In this document: positions 44,601 through 54,372 of the stretch, one piece after another | Layout of the letters: each line of letters begins with the position of its first letter | Position numbering within the stretch: position 1 is the first letter of the stretch | Assembly (NCBI GenBank): GCA_041617155.1 | Contig: JBFJPL010000003.1 | Coordinates: 19,189 to 83,188 of the forward strand | Source: Kiloniellales bacterium | Lineage (GTDB): Bacteria > Pseudomonadota > Alphaproteobacteria > Kiloniellales > JAKSDN01 | Direction of reading: 5' to 3' | Length of the DNA stretch: 64,000 bases | The notes under the pieces: model-generated | Database searches by the model: none | What the model saw: only the letters and a program-made list of their open reading frames with translations | Told to the model about the DNA's origin: nothing | Translations under genes and position numbers: made by a program

Positions 44601-45590
44601 TTACGAAAGCTGGCCCATTTTTTCGAGCAGCCGCTTATGGACATCGAGTTCCGACATTATGAAGTCTTTCAGCATCGCCCGCTTGAGCCAATGTCGGGCG
44701 AGCGACTTCTTCTTCGCATAGCTCCGCCATTCGTCGGTCTTCTCGACTTTCGTGAACAGTTTTTCGTAGAACACCAGGGCCTTCCGCGGCACGTTGAGCG
44801 GCGCCATGACGCCGCGCTGCATGTGGTAGACCAGGTCGTGTCCGAGTTCCCTGAAGGTCGGCACGTCGGGGAACATTTCCAGCCGGACCGGCGTGAAGGC
44901 GGCGATTGGCCGGGACTTGCCTTCCTGATAGAAATCCATCTGTTCGGAGGGGTTGTTGACCGTCGAGTCGATGTCCTTGGCGATCAGCGCCTTCGCCACC
45001 GCGCCGCCGCCCTTGTAGGGCTTGTAGGCGTGTTTGATGCCATAGGCCTTCTCGAGCATCGCCGTGACCAGGGAGTCCTCCTGGCCGCTACCGGTGCCGC
45101 CCATGGTCCAGCCGCCGAGCCCGGCCGTTTTGACCGCTTCCACGTAGTCCTTGATGTTCCTGATATCCGACTCCGCGTTGACCCAAAGCAGGAAGCTGTC
45201 GATCGCCAGGGTCACGACAGGCGTGAACTCGCGAATGTCGAGACTGAGCGCCGGCGTGCGCAGCGGCGTCGTATAGAGGCTGTTCAGGGTGGCCATGATC
45301 ACGTTGGAGTTGCCGGCGTGCTGCTTGAGGTACAGCATGGCTTCCGCGCCGGATTGGCCGCCCTTGTTGATCGGCAGGAAGGCTTGATCGCTGAACTTGT
45401 ACTTCTCGATGATCTTGATGATGTAGCGTGCCAAGCGGTCCGCACCACCGCCTTCTCCGGCCATGATCACGAACTCGATCGGCCGATTGGGGCTCCAGTT
45501 GGCTGCTGCCTCGCCGGGGCCCAGCAGGGTGCTGGTTCCAAGGCCCGTGATAAGCCCCAGGCTAAACTCTCTCCGGTCAATTTTTCTCAT
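44601..45590 (-). CDS. Tripartite tricarboxylate transporter substrate-binding protein (TctC/Bug family), orphan
   Basis: About 329 aa from ATG 45590, with GGAG upstream and a Tat-like MRKIDRREFSLGL. FVIMAGEGGGADRLARYII...INKGGQSGAEAM...YKPYKGGGAVAKAL fits the Bug/TctC pattern. No tctA or tctB is adjacent. Confidence 0.75.
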   Translation of the reverse strand: MRKIDRREFSLGLITGLGTSTLLGPGEAAANWSPNRPIEFVIMAGEGGGADRLARYIIKIIEKYKFSDQAFLPINKGGQSGAEAMLYLKQHAGNSNVIMATLNSLYTTPLRTPALSLDIREFTPVVTLAIDSFLLWVNAESDIRNIKDYVEAVKTAGLGGWTMGGTGSGQEDSLVTAMLEKAYGIKHAYKPYKGGGAVAKALIAKDIDSTVNNPSEQMDFYQEGKSRPIAAFTPVRLEMFPDVPTFRELGHDLVYHMQRGVMAPLNVPRKALVFYEKLFTKVEKTDEWRSYAKKKSLARHWLKRAMLKDFIMSELDVHKRLLEKMGQLS

Positions 45591-45767
45591 CGCTCCGCCC
45601 GCCATGTTCGAAGTCAGGGTGTAAAACTCCAAGGCTTCTTGATTTGCAGTAGTTCTAGGCGTTAATTTATTAATGATCGGTTATTTATTTAACAATAATA
45701 ATTTGATGCTTTCAAGGTTTATTTATTTATTTCAAATATATTGGCTAATTATTAAAGGTAACATACT

Positions 45768-46352
45768 CTAAACTCGCGGACTGACTCCTTGGATATTCGG
45801 TTCGGGTGCGGCGTCCAGTGCGCCGAAGATTTCGTCGATCCGATTGACCACCTGGAACAGGTGGAGCTGGTCGCCGCGCACGTAGCCCGCTTCGGCCTGG
45901 TGCCGGATCAAGTCCAGCAAGGAGTCCCAGTAGCCGGCGATATTGACCAGGACTACCGGCTTGTCGTGCAGGCCAAGCTGCTTCCAGGTGATGATCTCGA
46001 AGGTCTCGTCCAGTGTGCCCAAGCCGCCGGGCAGGACGCAAAAGGCATCGGACACCTCGCACATGCGCTGCTTTCGGCTGTGCATGGAGTCGACCACCTG
46101 AAGGTCGCCGATGCCCGTGTGCCCGACCTCGCGGGCCTGCAGGTGTTCGGGTATGATTCCGGTAACTTGGCCGCCAGCTGCCAAGGCGGCGTCGGCCAGC
46201 ACGCCCATCAGGCCGACACGACCGCCGCCGAATACGATACGGACCTGGCGCTCGGCGGCCAGTCTGCCCAGTTCGGCGGCCGCTTCGACGTGGCTGCCGT
46301 CGACCTGATCGGAGGCGCCGCAATAGACGCAGAGCGAACTTACATTTGCCAT
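45768..46352 (-). CDS. LOG-family protein (TIGR00730; cytokinin riboside 5'-monophosphate phosphoribohydrolase-like)
   Basis: 194 aa from ATG 46352. It carries LCVYCGAS...IVFGGGRVGLMGVLADAAL...PGGLGTLDETFEIITWKQLGLHDKPVVLVN. Confidence 0.88.
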   Translation of the reverse strand: MANVSSLCVYCGASDQVDGSHVEAAAELGRLAAERQVRIVFGGGRVGLMGVLADAALAAGGQVTGIIPEHLQAREVGHTGIGDLQVVDSMHSRKQRMCEVSDAFCVLPGGLGTLDETFEIITWKQLGLHDKPVVLVNIAGYWDSLLDLIRHQAEAGYVRGDQLHLFQVVNRIDEIFGALDAAPEPNIQGVSPRV

Positions 46353-46540
46353 GGCTCCAAGTCTCCCTACTTGTAAAGCTGCATCATCGCGTAGACTTTG
46401 AACAATGCCCGATAAGGCTCCTACCGCAAGTTGCCTTTCAGGAAAAGTACCGGGCGGCGGTTCGGAAAAGGACGCGATCATTGCGCGACCTCGGTGGCCG
46501 TACTAGGGTGAGGCCGCGCGCGACGATTGGAGTCGGTTCA

Positions 46541-47596
46541 TTGAAGCGCCTAGTGGTTATTGCCGGAGCCGTGGTGGGTATTATCCTTGCCCTGCTCCTC
46601 TTCTTGTACCTCCAGACCGGCGAGGAGACCGAGACGCCGCTCACGGCGGAGACGCCGCGCCCGACCGTCCCGGTCGAGCGGCCGAGTGGTGCGCCGGACC
46701 AGCCCGAGGTGGCGACGGTCCCGCCGACTTTCGATATCGTGCGGGTCGAGCGGACCGGCGAAGCGGTGATTGCCGGCCGCGCGACACCTGGCGCCGAGGT
46801 GACGGTGCTTGATGGCGAGAAGGTGCTGGGCAAGGTCAGGGCGAACGAGAGCGGCGAGTGGGTATTCCTGCCAGACGAACCCCTGGCGCCCGGCAGCCAT
46901 GAATTGGGGCTGAGTGTGGCGACCGCCGGCGGCGAAGCTCAGTCGCCGGCCGCGGATGCCGAACCGAGCGGCGCTCCGGCGACCGGGGCGCTCGAATCCG
47001 AACAGGTGGTGGTGGTGGTCGTCCCGGAGGCGGCCGGCAGCGACCAGGCGGCGGCCCAGCCCGAGCGGGCCATCGCCGTGTTGACGCCGCGCGGCGGCGA
47101 GGGTGTTTCGAAGATCCTGCGGCAGCCGGGCGACGGCGGCTTGGCCGATCAGGACCTGGTCCTCAATGCCGTCGACTACGACGGTACCGGCTCCGTTATC
47201 ATCAGCGGACAGGCGACCCCCGGCGCACTGATTATCGTCTATCTCGACAACCGTGTGATCGGGCGCGTGGTGGCCGACGGCCAGGGCGCCTGGCAACTCA
47301 AGCCGGAGGCGCCGGTCGAACCGGGCCTGCATAGCCTGCGGGTCGACCGGGTCGACGCCCAGGGCAAGGTCATCGCCCGCGTGGAAACACCCTTCTCCCG
47401 TTCGACCGTGCTCGCCGGCCTGGAAGACGAAGGTTTCGCCGTGGTTCAGCCGGGCAACAGCCTGTGGCGGATCGCGCGCCGCACCTATGGCGACGGCATG
47501 CGTTATACGGTGATCTACCAGGCGAACAAAAGCCAGATCCGCGACCCGGACCTGATCTATCCGGGGCAGATATTCGTCGTGCCGCCGACCGACTGA
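46541..47596 (+). CDS. LysM peptidoglycan-binding protein with Ig-like repeats
   Basis: The C-terminal LysM is VVQPGNSLWRIARRTYGDGMRYTVIYQANKSQIRDPDLIYPGQIFVVP. It has an N-terminal TM (LVVIAGAVVGIILALLLFLYL). The start is uncertain: TTG 46541 has GGAG 8 nt upstream, and GTG 46508 is an alternative. The track start 46346 overlaps the LOG gene. Confidence 0.75.
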   Translation: MKRLVVIAGAVVGIILALLLFLYLQTGEETETPLTAETPRPTVPVERPSGAPDQPEVATVPPTFDIVRVERTGEAVIAGRATPGAEVTVLDGEKVLGKVRANESGEWVFLPDEPLAPGSHELGLSVATAGGEAQSPAADAEPSGAPATGALESEQVVVVVVPEAAGSDQAAAQPERAIAVLTPRGGEGVSKILRQPGDGGLADQDLVLNAVDYDGTGSVIISGQATPGALIIVYLDNRVIGRVVADGQGAWQLKPEAPVEPGLHSLRVDRVDAQGKVIARVETPFSRSTVLAGLEDEGFAVVQPGNSLWRIARRTYGDGMRYTVIYQANKSQIRDPDLIYPGQIFVVPPTD

Positions 47597-47731
47597 CGGC
47601 CACCGCCGGCCCCGGTTAACCATTGGTAAAGCATAACACGGGCAGCTTGGATCGCCGGAAGGCGAGGCTTGCCTTGACTTTCACCCGGGTTATGCTGCGC
47701 GCCACAGTCGATCAGGTTAGGAGACCAGCGG

Positions 47732-48406
47732 GTGCTCGTTCCCATACATCGGGCCGGTTGGCCATTCGTCGCCGTCTTTTGTCTCGTCACCCTTGTGGCC
47801 GGCTATTTCTTCCAACCGCTGTTTTGGATCGGCCTCGTCCTGACGGCCTGGTGCGCCTATTTCTTCCGCGACCCGCCGCGCATGACGCCGGTGCGCGAGG
47901 GCCTGGTGGTCAGCCCGGCGGACGGCCGGGTCACCTGGGTCGCCAGGGCCAAGCCGCCGGCGGAACTCGGCCTGGGCGAGGACGAGCTGACCCGCATCAG
48001 CATCTTCCTCAACGTGTTCGACGTGCACATCAACCGGATTCCGATCGGCGGCAGGATCGCGCGCCTGGAATATCATGCCGGCAAGTTCCTCAATGCCGAG
48101 CTCGACAAGGCGTCGGAGGACAACGAACGACAGTCGGTGTTGATCGAGTTGGCGGACGGGCGCCAAATCGGTGTGGTACAAATAGCCGGGCTGGTGGCGC
48201 GGCGCATCGTGTGCGATCTGAAGCTGGACCAGCAAGTAACGACCGGCGCGCGGTTCGGGTTGATCCGCTTCGGCAGCCGGACCGACCTCTTCCTGCCGGA
48301 CGGCGTGGCGCCTCTGGTCGCCGTCGGACAACGGGCGGTCGGCGGCGAGACCGTGCTGGCGGATCTCAGCTCCAGCGAAGGCCCGCGTGAGGCGAAGGAA
48401 AGGTAG
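47732..48406 (+). CDS. psd: Phosphatidylserine decarboxylase (short type)
   Basis: 224 aa, GTG start with AGGAGA upstream. It carries [19 protein letters not shown]...[10 protein letters not shown]...[16 protein letters not shown]. Confidence 0.9.
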   Translation: MLVPIHRAGWPFVAVFCLVTLVAGYFFQPLFWIGLVLTAWCAYFFRDPPRMTPVREGLVVSPADGRVTWVARAKPPAELGLGEDELTRISIFLNVFDVHINRIPIGGRIARLEYHAGKFLNAELDKASEDNERQSVLIELADGRQIGVVQIAGLVARRIVCDLKLDQQVTTGARFGLIRFGSRTDLFLPDGVAPLVAVGQRAVGGETVLADLSSSEGPREAKER

Positions 48407-48410
48407 ACCC

Positions 48411-49211
48411 ATGGAGATGCATCCGCAGCATCGGCTGAGAGGTCATTCGCTCAACCGGCTGATCCCCAACATTCTGACCCTGCTCGCGCTCTGTGCCGGC
48501 ATAACCGCCATGCGCTACGGCCTGCAGGGGGCCTGGGAGCGCGCCGTGATCGCGATCCTGGTGGCGGCGATTCTGGACGGACTCGACGGCCGGATCGCGC
48601 GCGCGCTGGGCGCCTCGAGCCGCTTTGGCGCCGAGCTGGACTCGCTGTCGGACTTCGTGGCCTTTGGGGTCGCGCCGGCCTTTGTCATCTATCTTTGGAG
48701 CCTGCAGACCGCCGGCGGTTTCGGCTGGGCGCTGACGCTGCTGTTCGCGGTATGCTGCGGGCTGCGCTTGGCGCGCTTCAACACGGCGCTGGAATCCGAG
48801 GTCCCGAAGCCGGCCTGGACCAAGAATTTCTTTGTCGGGGTGCCGGCGCCGCTCGGCGGCCTGCTGGCCTTGATGCCGCTGATTGTGGGCCTTGAAACCG
48901 AGCACAGTGCCTTCGCCAGCCCGCTGCTCACCGGTGTGACCATGGTGCTGGTCTCCGCACTGATGGTCAGCCGGGTGCCGACCCTGGCGCTCAAGCAGGC
49001 CAAGGTGCCGGCGCGCTATGTGGTGTTCGTCCTGCTCGGGGTCGGGGCCTTCGCCGCGTTTCTGATCAGCACGCCCTGGATCACGCTCGGCATTACCGGT
49101 CTGGTCTACCTGGCCAGCATTCCCTACGCGATCACTGTCTACCGCCGCATGGAACGGAGCGAGCCGGTCGCCGCGGCGAAGGTCGAGGTGTCGGAAGACG
49201 AGGAGGCATAG
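48411..49211 (+). CDS. pssA: CDP-diacylglycerol--serine O-phosphatidyltransferase
   Basis: 266 aa from ATG 48411. The CDP-alcohol phosphatidyltransferase motif is DGLDGRIARALGASSRFGAELDSLSDFV. It lies immediately downstream of psd. Confidence 0.9.
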   Translation: MEMHPQHRLRGHSLNRLIPNILTLLALCAGITAMRYGLQGAWERAVIAILVAAILDGLDGRIARALGASSRFGAELDSLSDFVAFGVAPAFVIYLWSLQTAGGFGWALTLLFAVCCGLRLARFNTALESEVPKPAWTKNFFVGVPAPLGGLLALMPLIVGLETEHSAFASPLLTGVTMVLVSALMVSRVPTLALKQAKVPARYVVFVLLGVGAFAAFLISTPWITLGITGLVYLASIPYAITVYRRMERSEPVAAAKVEVSEDEEA

Positions 49212-49228
49212 CGCCCTCGCGCCGGTTA

Positions 49229-52200
49229 CTATTCCGCCGCCTTCGGCACCTGCTCGAGGTCGACCGCGGCGGGCGGCCCCGCGGCCGGCCGCGGCCGCCG
49301 CTTCTTGCGCCACCAATCAGCCAGGTTGGCGCGCAGCATGAGTGCCGACGGCGTCACCACCAGTGTCAGCACGGTCGCGAAGGTCAGGCCGAACACGATC
49401 GCGGTCGACAGCTGGCGCCACCACTGGGTCGAGGGCGCGCCCAGCTGCACGGTCCGGGTCAGGAAGTCGATGTTCATGGCCAGCACCATGGGCATCAGCC
49501 CGAGGATCGTCGTCACCGTGGTCAACAGCACCGGGCGCAGGCGCTGGGCGCCGGTGCGCAGAATCGCCTCGCGCACGTTCGGCGTGGTTTGCTTCAGGCG
49601 GTCGAAGGTATCGATCAGCACGATGTTGTTGTTGACCACGATGCCGGCCAGCGCGATGACGCCGATGCCCGACATGACGATACCGAAGGGCTGGCCGGTG
49701 ACCAGCAGTCCGATCATGACGCCGATGGTCGACATAATGACCGCCGAGAGGATCAGGAAGGCGCTGTAGAAGCTGTTGAACTGGGTCACCAGAATGATCG
49801 CCATGAGGAACAGGGCGACGATGAAGGCCTTGATCAGGAAAGCCTGCGCCTCCTGCTGTTCCTCGTCCTCGCCTTTGAAAGTGACGGTGACCCGAGGATC
49901 GAGCGCGGCGGTGGCCAGCCAGCGACGGATCTCGCCGACCTTGTCGTCGACCAGGAGACCGGGTGCGACATCGGCCTTCACGGTCATGACGCGGCTGCCG
50001 TCGATGCGGTTCAGCAGCCCGACCTTGGGCCGCGCCTTGCGCTCGACGAAGTTCGCGATCGGGATCAGCCCGGCGCCGGTCTGGACCCGTATCTCGTCCA
50101 GGTGGTCGATGCTGCGGTTCGCCTCGGGCAGGCGCACCACGATGTCGATCTCCTCGTCGCTATCGTCCGGCCGGTACTCGCCCAGCTTCATGCCGTTGGT
50201 GATCATGCGCACGTAGCTGCCGATCAGCGACACGTCGGCGCCGAACTTGGCCGCCTGGGAACGGTCGACGCTGAGCTCCCACTCGATGCCGGGGATCGGC
50301 CGGCTGTCCTCCAGGTCGACGAAACCGCCGATCCGCTTCATGGCCTCGACCACCTGTGCCACGGTCGGTTCGATCGCCGCCGGGTCGGCGGAGGCGATCT
50401 GGACCTGGACCGGCTTGCCGACCGGCGGGCCGGCTTCCTCCTTGCGCGGCTCGACGGCGATGCCGGCCAGATCGGCGGTGCGGGCGCGCACCTCGGCCAG
50501 GATCTCGTTGGCCGGCCGGCGCAGGTGCCAGTCCGTGAACTCGATTTGTATGGTGCCGATCAGGTCCTGCGGCTCGTTGTCGCGTTGGGTGCCCGACGAG
50601 GCGACGCTGCGCGCGTAGATCGCGTGGAATTCGGCCTTTTCGCGCTGCATCTGGAGGATCCGGTCCTCGACCTGACGCAGCAGGTGGTCGCGCTCGTCGA
50701 TCGACAGGTTGCCGCGCCCGTGAACCTGAAGGGCGGCGTTGTCGGGCTCCACGTCGGGGAAGAACTCGACCCCCCGGCCGAAGGTGGCATAGGCGAACTG
50801 TACGCCGACCAGCACCACCAGGGCCGCCAGCAGCACCTTGGCCGGGTGTTTCAAGGCCGCCTGGAGCAGTCTTATGTAGCGTCCGGTAAAGCCCGGCACC
50901 CTGGTGAGGTCGCCGGACTCCCCGGCGGCCAGCACCTTGGCGGTCTCGCCTTTGGCGGCACCGCCCGCCCGGCCGAAGATCGAGCCCAATGTCGGCACGA
51001 AGACCAGCGCCATCAGCAGCGAGGCCGACAGCGTCGCGACCAGGGTAATCGGCAGGTATTTCATGAATTCGCCGACCGTGCCGGGCCAGAAGATCAGCGG
51101 CAGGAAGGCGGCCAGGGTGGTCGCGGTCGCCGCGGCGATCGGCCATGCCATGCGCTTGGCCGCCAGGGTGTAGGACTCCTTCTTGTCCAGGCCCTCGCTC
51201 ATCTTCCGGTCGGCGTATTCGGTCACCACGATGGCGCCGTCGACCAGCATGCCGACCGCGAGGATCAGGCTGAACAGCACCACGATGTTGACTGTGAAGC
51301 CGACCACCGCCAGCACCAGAATGCCGGTCAGAAAAGAGCCCGGGATGGCAATGCCGACCATGCTGGCTGAACGCAGGCCGAGCGCGGCGACCACCACGAT
51401 CATCACCAGCAGGATCGCGCTCAGCACGTTGTTCTGCAAGTCGCTCAACATGTTGCGGATGTCGGAAGACTTGTCCTGGCTGTAGGTCACGATCACATCG
51501 GCCGGCCAATTGCGGCGCTCGGCCTCGACCGCGGTGCGGACCTGCTCGATGGTCGCGATGATGTTCTCGCCGGTGCGCTTGGAAACCTCGAGCGCGATCG
51601 CCGGGCTGCCGTTGATGCGGGCGAAACCTTGGGAATCCTTGAAGGTGCGGCGCAGCACGCCGATGTCGCGAAAGCGCACGGCGGCGTCGCCGAAAACCTT
51701 CACCGGCATGTCGAGAATGTCGTCGGCGGTCTCGAACAGGCCCGGCACCTTGATGGCGAAACGGCCCTGGCCGGTGTCCAGCGAACCGGCCGCGACCAGC
51801 CGGTTGGAGCGGTTGACCGTATCTATGATGTCGCGGGCGTTCAAGTTGTAGCTTTCCAGGATCAAAGGATCGACCACCAGTTCGACCAGCTCCTCGCGGT
51901 CGCCGCCGATCTCGGCCTTGAGCACGCTGGAGATGCCTTCGATCCGGTCCTGCAGGTCGCGGGCCAGGCGCAGAAGCGTGCGCTCCGGCACGTCGCCCGA
52001 TAGGGTCACCACCAGCACCGGGAAGAGGCTCAGGTTGATCTCGTGGACCGTCGGCTCGTCGCTGTCCTCCGGCAGTTCCGGCTTGGCCAGGTCGACCTTC
52101 TCGCGAACATCGGCCATGGCGATGTCGACGTCGAACCCGGCGTCGAACTCGAGCACCACGTTGGCGCCGCCGAGGAAGGCGGTCGAGCGCATCTCCTTGG

Positions 52201-52432
52201 CGCCCTCGATGTCGCGCAGCTGTTTTTCCAGCGGCTTGATCAAGAGACGCTCGGCGTCTTCCGGCGAAATGCCCTCGTGGTTGGCGTTGACGTAGAGTAT
52301 CGGAATGTTGATGTCCGGTTCGGCCTCCTTGGGCACGGCGACATAGGCATAGGTGCCGGCGATCAGCACCAGCACCAGCGTGGCCAGGACCGTACGCGAA
52401 TGGCCGATGGCGGCTTCGATCAGGCTGTTCAA
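49229..52432 (-). CDS. RND efflux transporter permease (AcrB/HAE family)
   Basis: 1067 aa with the 12-TM RND pattern (MNSLIEAAIGHSRTVLATLVLVLIAG...; two large loops). It overlaps the MFP gene by 4 nt. Confidence 0.92.
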   Translation of the reverse strand: MNSLIEAAIGHSRTVLATLVLVLIAGTYAYVAVPKEAEPDINIPILYVNANHEGISPEDAERLLIKPLEKQLRDIEGAKEMRSTAFLGGANVVLEFDAGFDVDIAMADVREKVDLAKPELPEDSDEPTVHEINLSLFPVLVVTLSGDVPERTLLRLARDLQDRIEGISSVLKAEIGGDREELVELVVDPLILESYNLNARDIIDTVNRSNRLVAAGSLDTGQGRFAIKVPGLFETADDILDMPVKVFGDAAVRFRDIGVLRRTFKDSQGFARINGSPAIALEVSKRTGENIIATIEQVRTAVEAERRNWPADVIVTYSQDKSSDIRNMLSDLQNNVLSAILLVMIVVVAALGLRSASMVGIAIPGSFLTGILVLAVVGFTVNIVVLFSLILAVGMLVDGAIVVTEYADRKMSEGLDKKESYTLAAKRMAWPIAAATATTLAAFLPLIFWPGTVGEFMKYLPITLVATLSASLLMALVFVPTLGSIFGRAGGAAKGETAKVLAAGESGDLTRVPGFTGRYIRLLQAALKHPAKVLLAALVVLVGVQFAYATFGRGVEFFPDVEPDNAALQVHGRGNLSIDERDHLLRQVEDRILQMQREKAEFHAIYARSVASSGTQRDNEPQDLIGTIQIEFTDWHLRRPANEILAEVRARTADLAGIAVEPRKEEAGPPVGKPVQVQIASADPAAIEPTVAQVVEAMKRIGGFVDLEDSRPIPGIEWELSVDRSQAAKFGADVSLIGSYVRMITNGMKLGEYRPDDSDEEIDIVVRLPEANRSIDHLDEIRVQTGAGLIPIANFVERKARPKVGLLNRIDGSRVMTVKADVAPGLLVDDKVGEIRRWLATAALDPRVTVTFKGEDEEQQEAQAFLIKAFIVALFLMAIILVTQFNSFYSAFLILSAVIMSTIGVMIGLLVTGQPFGIVMSGIGVIALAGIVVNNNIVLIDTFDRLKQTTPNVREAILRTGAQRLRPVLLTTVTTILGLMPMVLAMNIDFLTRTVQLGAPSTQWWRQLSTAIVFGLTFATVLTLVVTPSALMLRANLADWWRKKRRPRPAAGPPAAVDLEQVPKAAE

Positions 52433-53535
52433 GACTCACCGCCCGCGACCGCCGGCCTTTCCAGGCTGCCTTCCTCGACCGGCCGCACCGTCTGGCCGAC
52501 CGTGACGAACTCCTGGCCCACGGTGATGAAGGTGACCCGCTCCGGCGGCCCGCCGATCCACATGCCCTTGGCGCCGCTCTCGAGGATCTTGACCGGGAGG
52601 AAGCCGACCGTGTTGTCCGCCTCCAGGGTCTTGACACCGATTTCGCCGCTGTCGGTCAATGTCAGGATGGCCGGTGATACCAGGTGCGCGAGCGCGCTTT
52701 CCAGGGGAATGCGCAGCTCAGCCGTGACGCCGTCGGGAATCGCGCCCTTCGGGTTGGCGACTTCCAGCTCGACCCGGAAGGTGCGGGTCGCCGGGTCGGC
52801 CATGGCGCCGATGAAGCGCAGCCTGCCGCGCACCTCGACACCGGTGATCAGGCGCGCCCGGGCATCGGCGCCGATCGTCAAGCGGCCGACGTCGCGCTCG
52901 CTCACCTGGGCGACCACCAGGATCGGATCGAGATCGATCACCCGGGCGATCGGATTGCCGGTTTCGACGAAATCGCCGATCTCGATCATGCGTTCGTCGA
53001 CCAGGCCGTCGAACGGCGCCCGGATGCTGAGGTTTTCCAGCTCCACTTCGGCGCGGCTGACCGCGGCTTCCGCGGCATTCAGGGCGGCCTTGGCGGCGGC
53101 CAGCTGGGTTTCGGCGCGGAAGCCTTTTTTCGACAGGCGCCTGGCGGCGTCGTACTCGATGCGCCGCTGCTCGAGCAGCGAGCGCGCCTCCTTGAGCTGT
53201 GCCGGTCGGTCTTCCGGGGCCAGGCCGGCGATGACCTGGTTGCCCTCGACCCGGTCACCGCGTGCGATCGGCAGCGTTACCACCCGGCCATAAGTCTCGG
53301 CCTTGACCTGAACGGTGCGCACCGCTTCGGTCCGGCCGCGCAGAATGATCTTCGCCTGGCGCATCTCGGCCACTTGGCTGCGCACCCGTACCAGCGGCAC
53401 CTTACTGGCGCCGGCCAGATCGGCCGGCGGTTTGCGCGCTTCCGGCTCGTTGCCGCCCTCGGCGATCAGGCCCGAAGCGATCCACCCGGCGGCGGCTACC
53501 GCCAGCACGGCGGCTATGACATACGAGCGGTTCAT
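52429..53535 (-). CDS. RND efflux periplasmic adaptor (membrane fusion protein)
   Basis: 368 aa with an N-terminal anchor, a coiled-coil hairpin (LKEARSLLEQRRIEYDAARRL...AAKAALNAAEAAVSRAEVELENLSIRAPFDG) and a beta-barrel region. Confidence 0.9.
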   Translation of the reverse strand: MNRSYVIAAVLAVAAAGWIASGLIAEGGNEPEARKPPADLAGASKVPLVRVRSQVAEMRQAKIILRGRTEAVRTVQVKAETYGRVVTLPIARGDRVEGNQVIAGLAPEDRPAQLKEARSLLEQRRIEYDAARRLSKKGFRAETQLAAAKAALNAAEAAVSRAEVELENLSIRAPFDGLVDERMIEIGDFVETGNPIARVIDLDPILVVAQVSERDVGRLTIGADARARLITGVEVRGRLRFIGAMADPATRTFRVELEVANPKGAIPDGVTAELRIPLESALAHLVSPAILTLTDSGEIGVKTLEADNTVGFLPVKILESGAKGMWIGGPPERVTFITVGQEFVTVGQTVRPVEEGSLERPAVAGGES

Positions 53536-53612
53536 TGCGGCGGTCGGCTCCTCGTGGACCTCTGTTCAATTGTACGCGCTATCGGGCGGTTCGGTTCCCG
53601 CGACCGGCGGGT

Positions 53613-54170
53613 TTATTCGGCCACCAGGGCCGGTGGCGGGTCGGCCAGGGGATGGGCGGCGTCGGCCGCCACCAGGTCGCGGTTCTGCCGCAGATAGTCG
53701 GCGGCGGCGCGATAGAGCGCCAGGCCGAAGCCGTGGACCAGTTGCTGACCGGCCGAGCGGTCGTCCGGGGCGCAGGCCTCCATGCGGGCGATCTGCGCCT
53801 CGTAGTAGGCGATCCGCTGGTCGATCACGGCCGCCACGTGGCTTGCCGGCAGCATGTGGCTCAGGAACAGCACGAACAGAAAATCCGAGCGGAACTTGTC
53901 GGGCGGCGGCGGTTCCATCAGGGCGGCGGTCAAGGCCTGCCAACCGGACTCGGTGATCGCGTAGACCTTTTTGTCCGGCCGCTTTTGCTGGGCCATCTCG
54001 GTGCCGTGGACCAGCCCTTCCTCGGTCAGCTTGGTGAGCGCCGGATAGATCGACCCGAAGCCGGTGTCCTGGAACTGGCCGAGCGGCGGCTCTTCCAGGG
54101 CTTTCTTAATCTCGTAGCCACTGGCGTCGCCTCGGCTCAGCACCGCCAGGCAAAGTGATTTGGCATCCAT
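53613..54170 (-). CDS. PadR-family transcriptional regulator
   Basis: 185 aa. LAVLSRGDASGYEIKKALEE...GSIYPALTKLTEEGLV...KKVYAITESG is the PadR wHTH. It lies upstream of the MFP-RND genes on the same strand. Confidence 0.88.
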   Translation of the reverse strand: MDAKSLCLAVLSRGDASGYEIKKALEEPPLGQFQDTGFGSIYPALTKLTEEGLVHGTEMAQQKRPDKKVYAITESGWQALTAALMEPPPPDKFRSDFLFVLFLSHMLPASHVAAVIDQRIAYYEAQIARMEACAPDDRSAGQQLVHGFGLALYRAAADYLRQNRDLVAADAAHPLADPPPALVAE

Positions 54171-54372
54171 GGTGCGCCTCTTCCCCCGATAATGGCCTTA
54201 TATATCGGAACGAAATAACACGGTCCAATATATTTTTTTTCGGTATATCAATATGCGCGTAAAAATCCTGGAGACCTCGCGGCAATACCCTAAAAATTAC
54301 ATAAAAATCATACATTTGCCGATCTAGCTTCTACATAGTAGTATTAAAAGACGATATATTTCGGGGACCGCC

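Noticed and set aside
49589-52637. ORFs 49589-51370 (+) and 50160-52637 (-) of 593 and 825 aa within the RND transporter locus
   Set aside because: Both are alternative frames of the 1067-aa AcrB-like gene and have Arg/Gly/Pro-rich, non-membrane-like composition. The RND frame has the expected 12-TM pattern.
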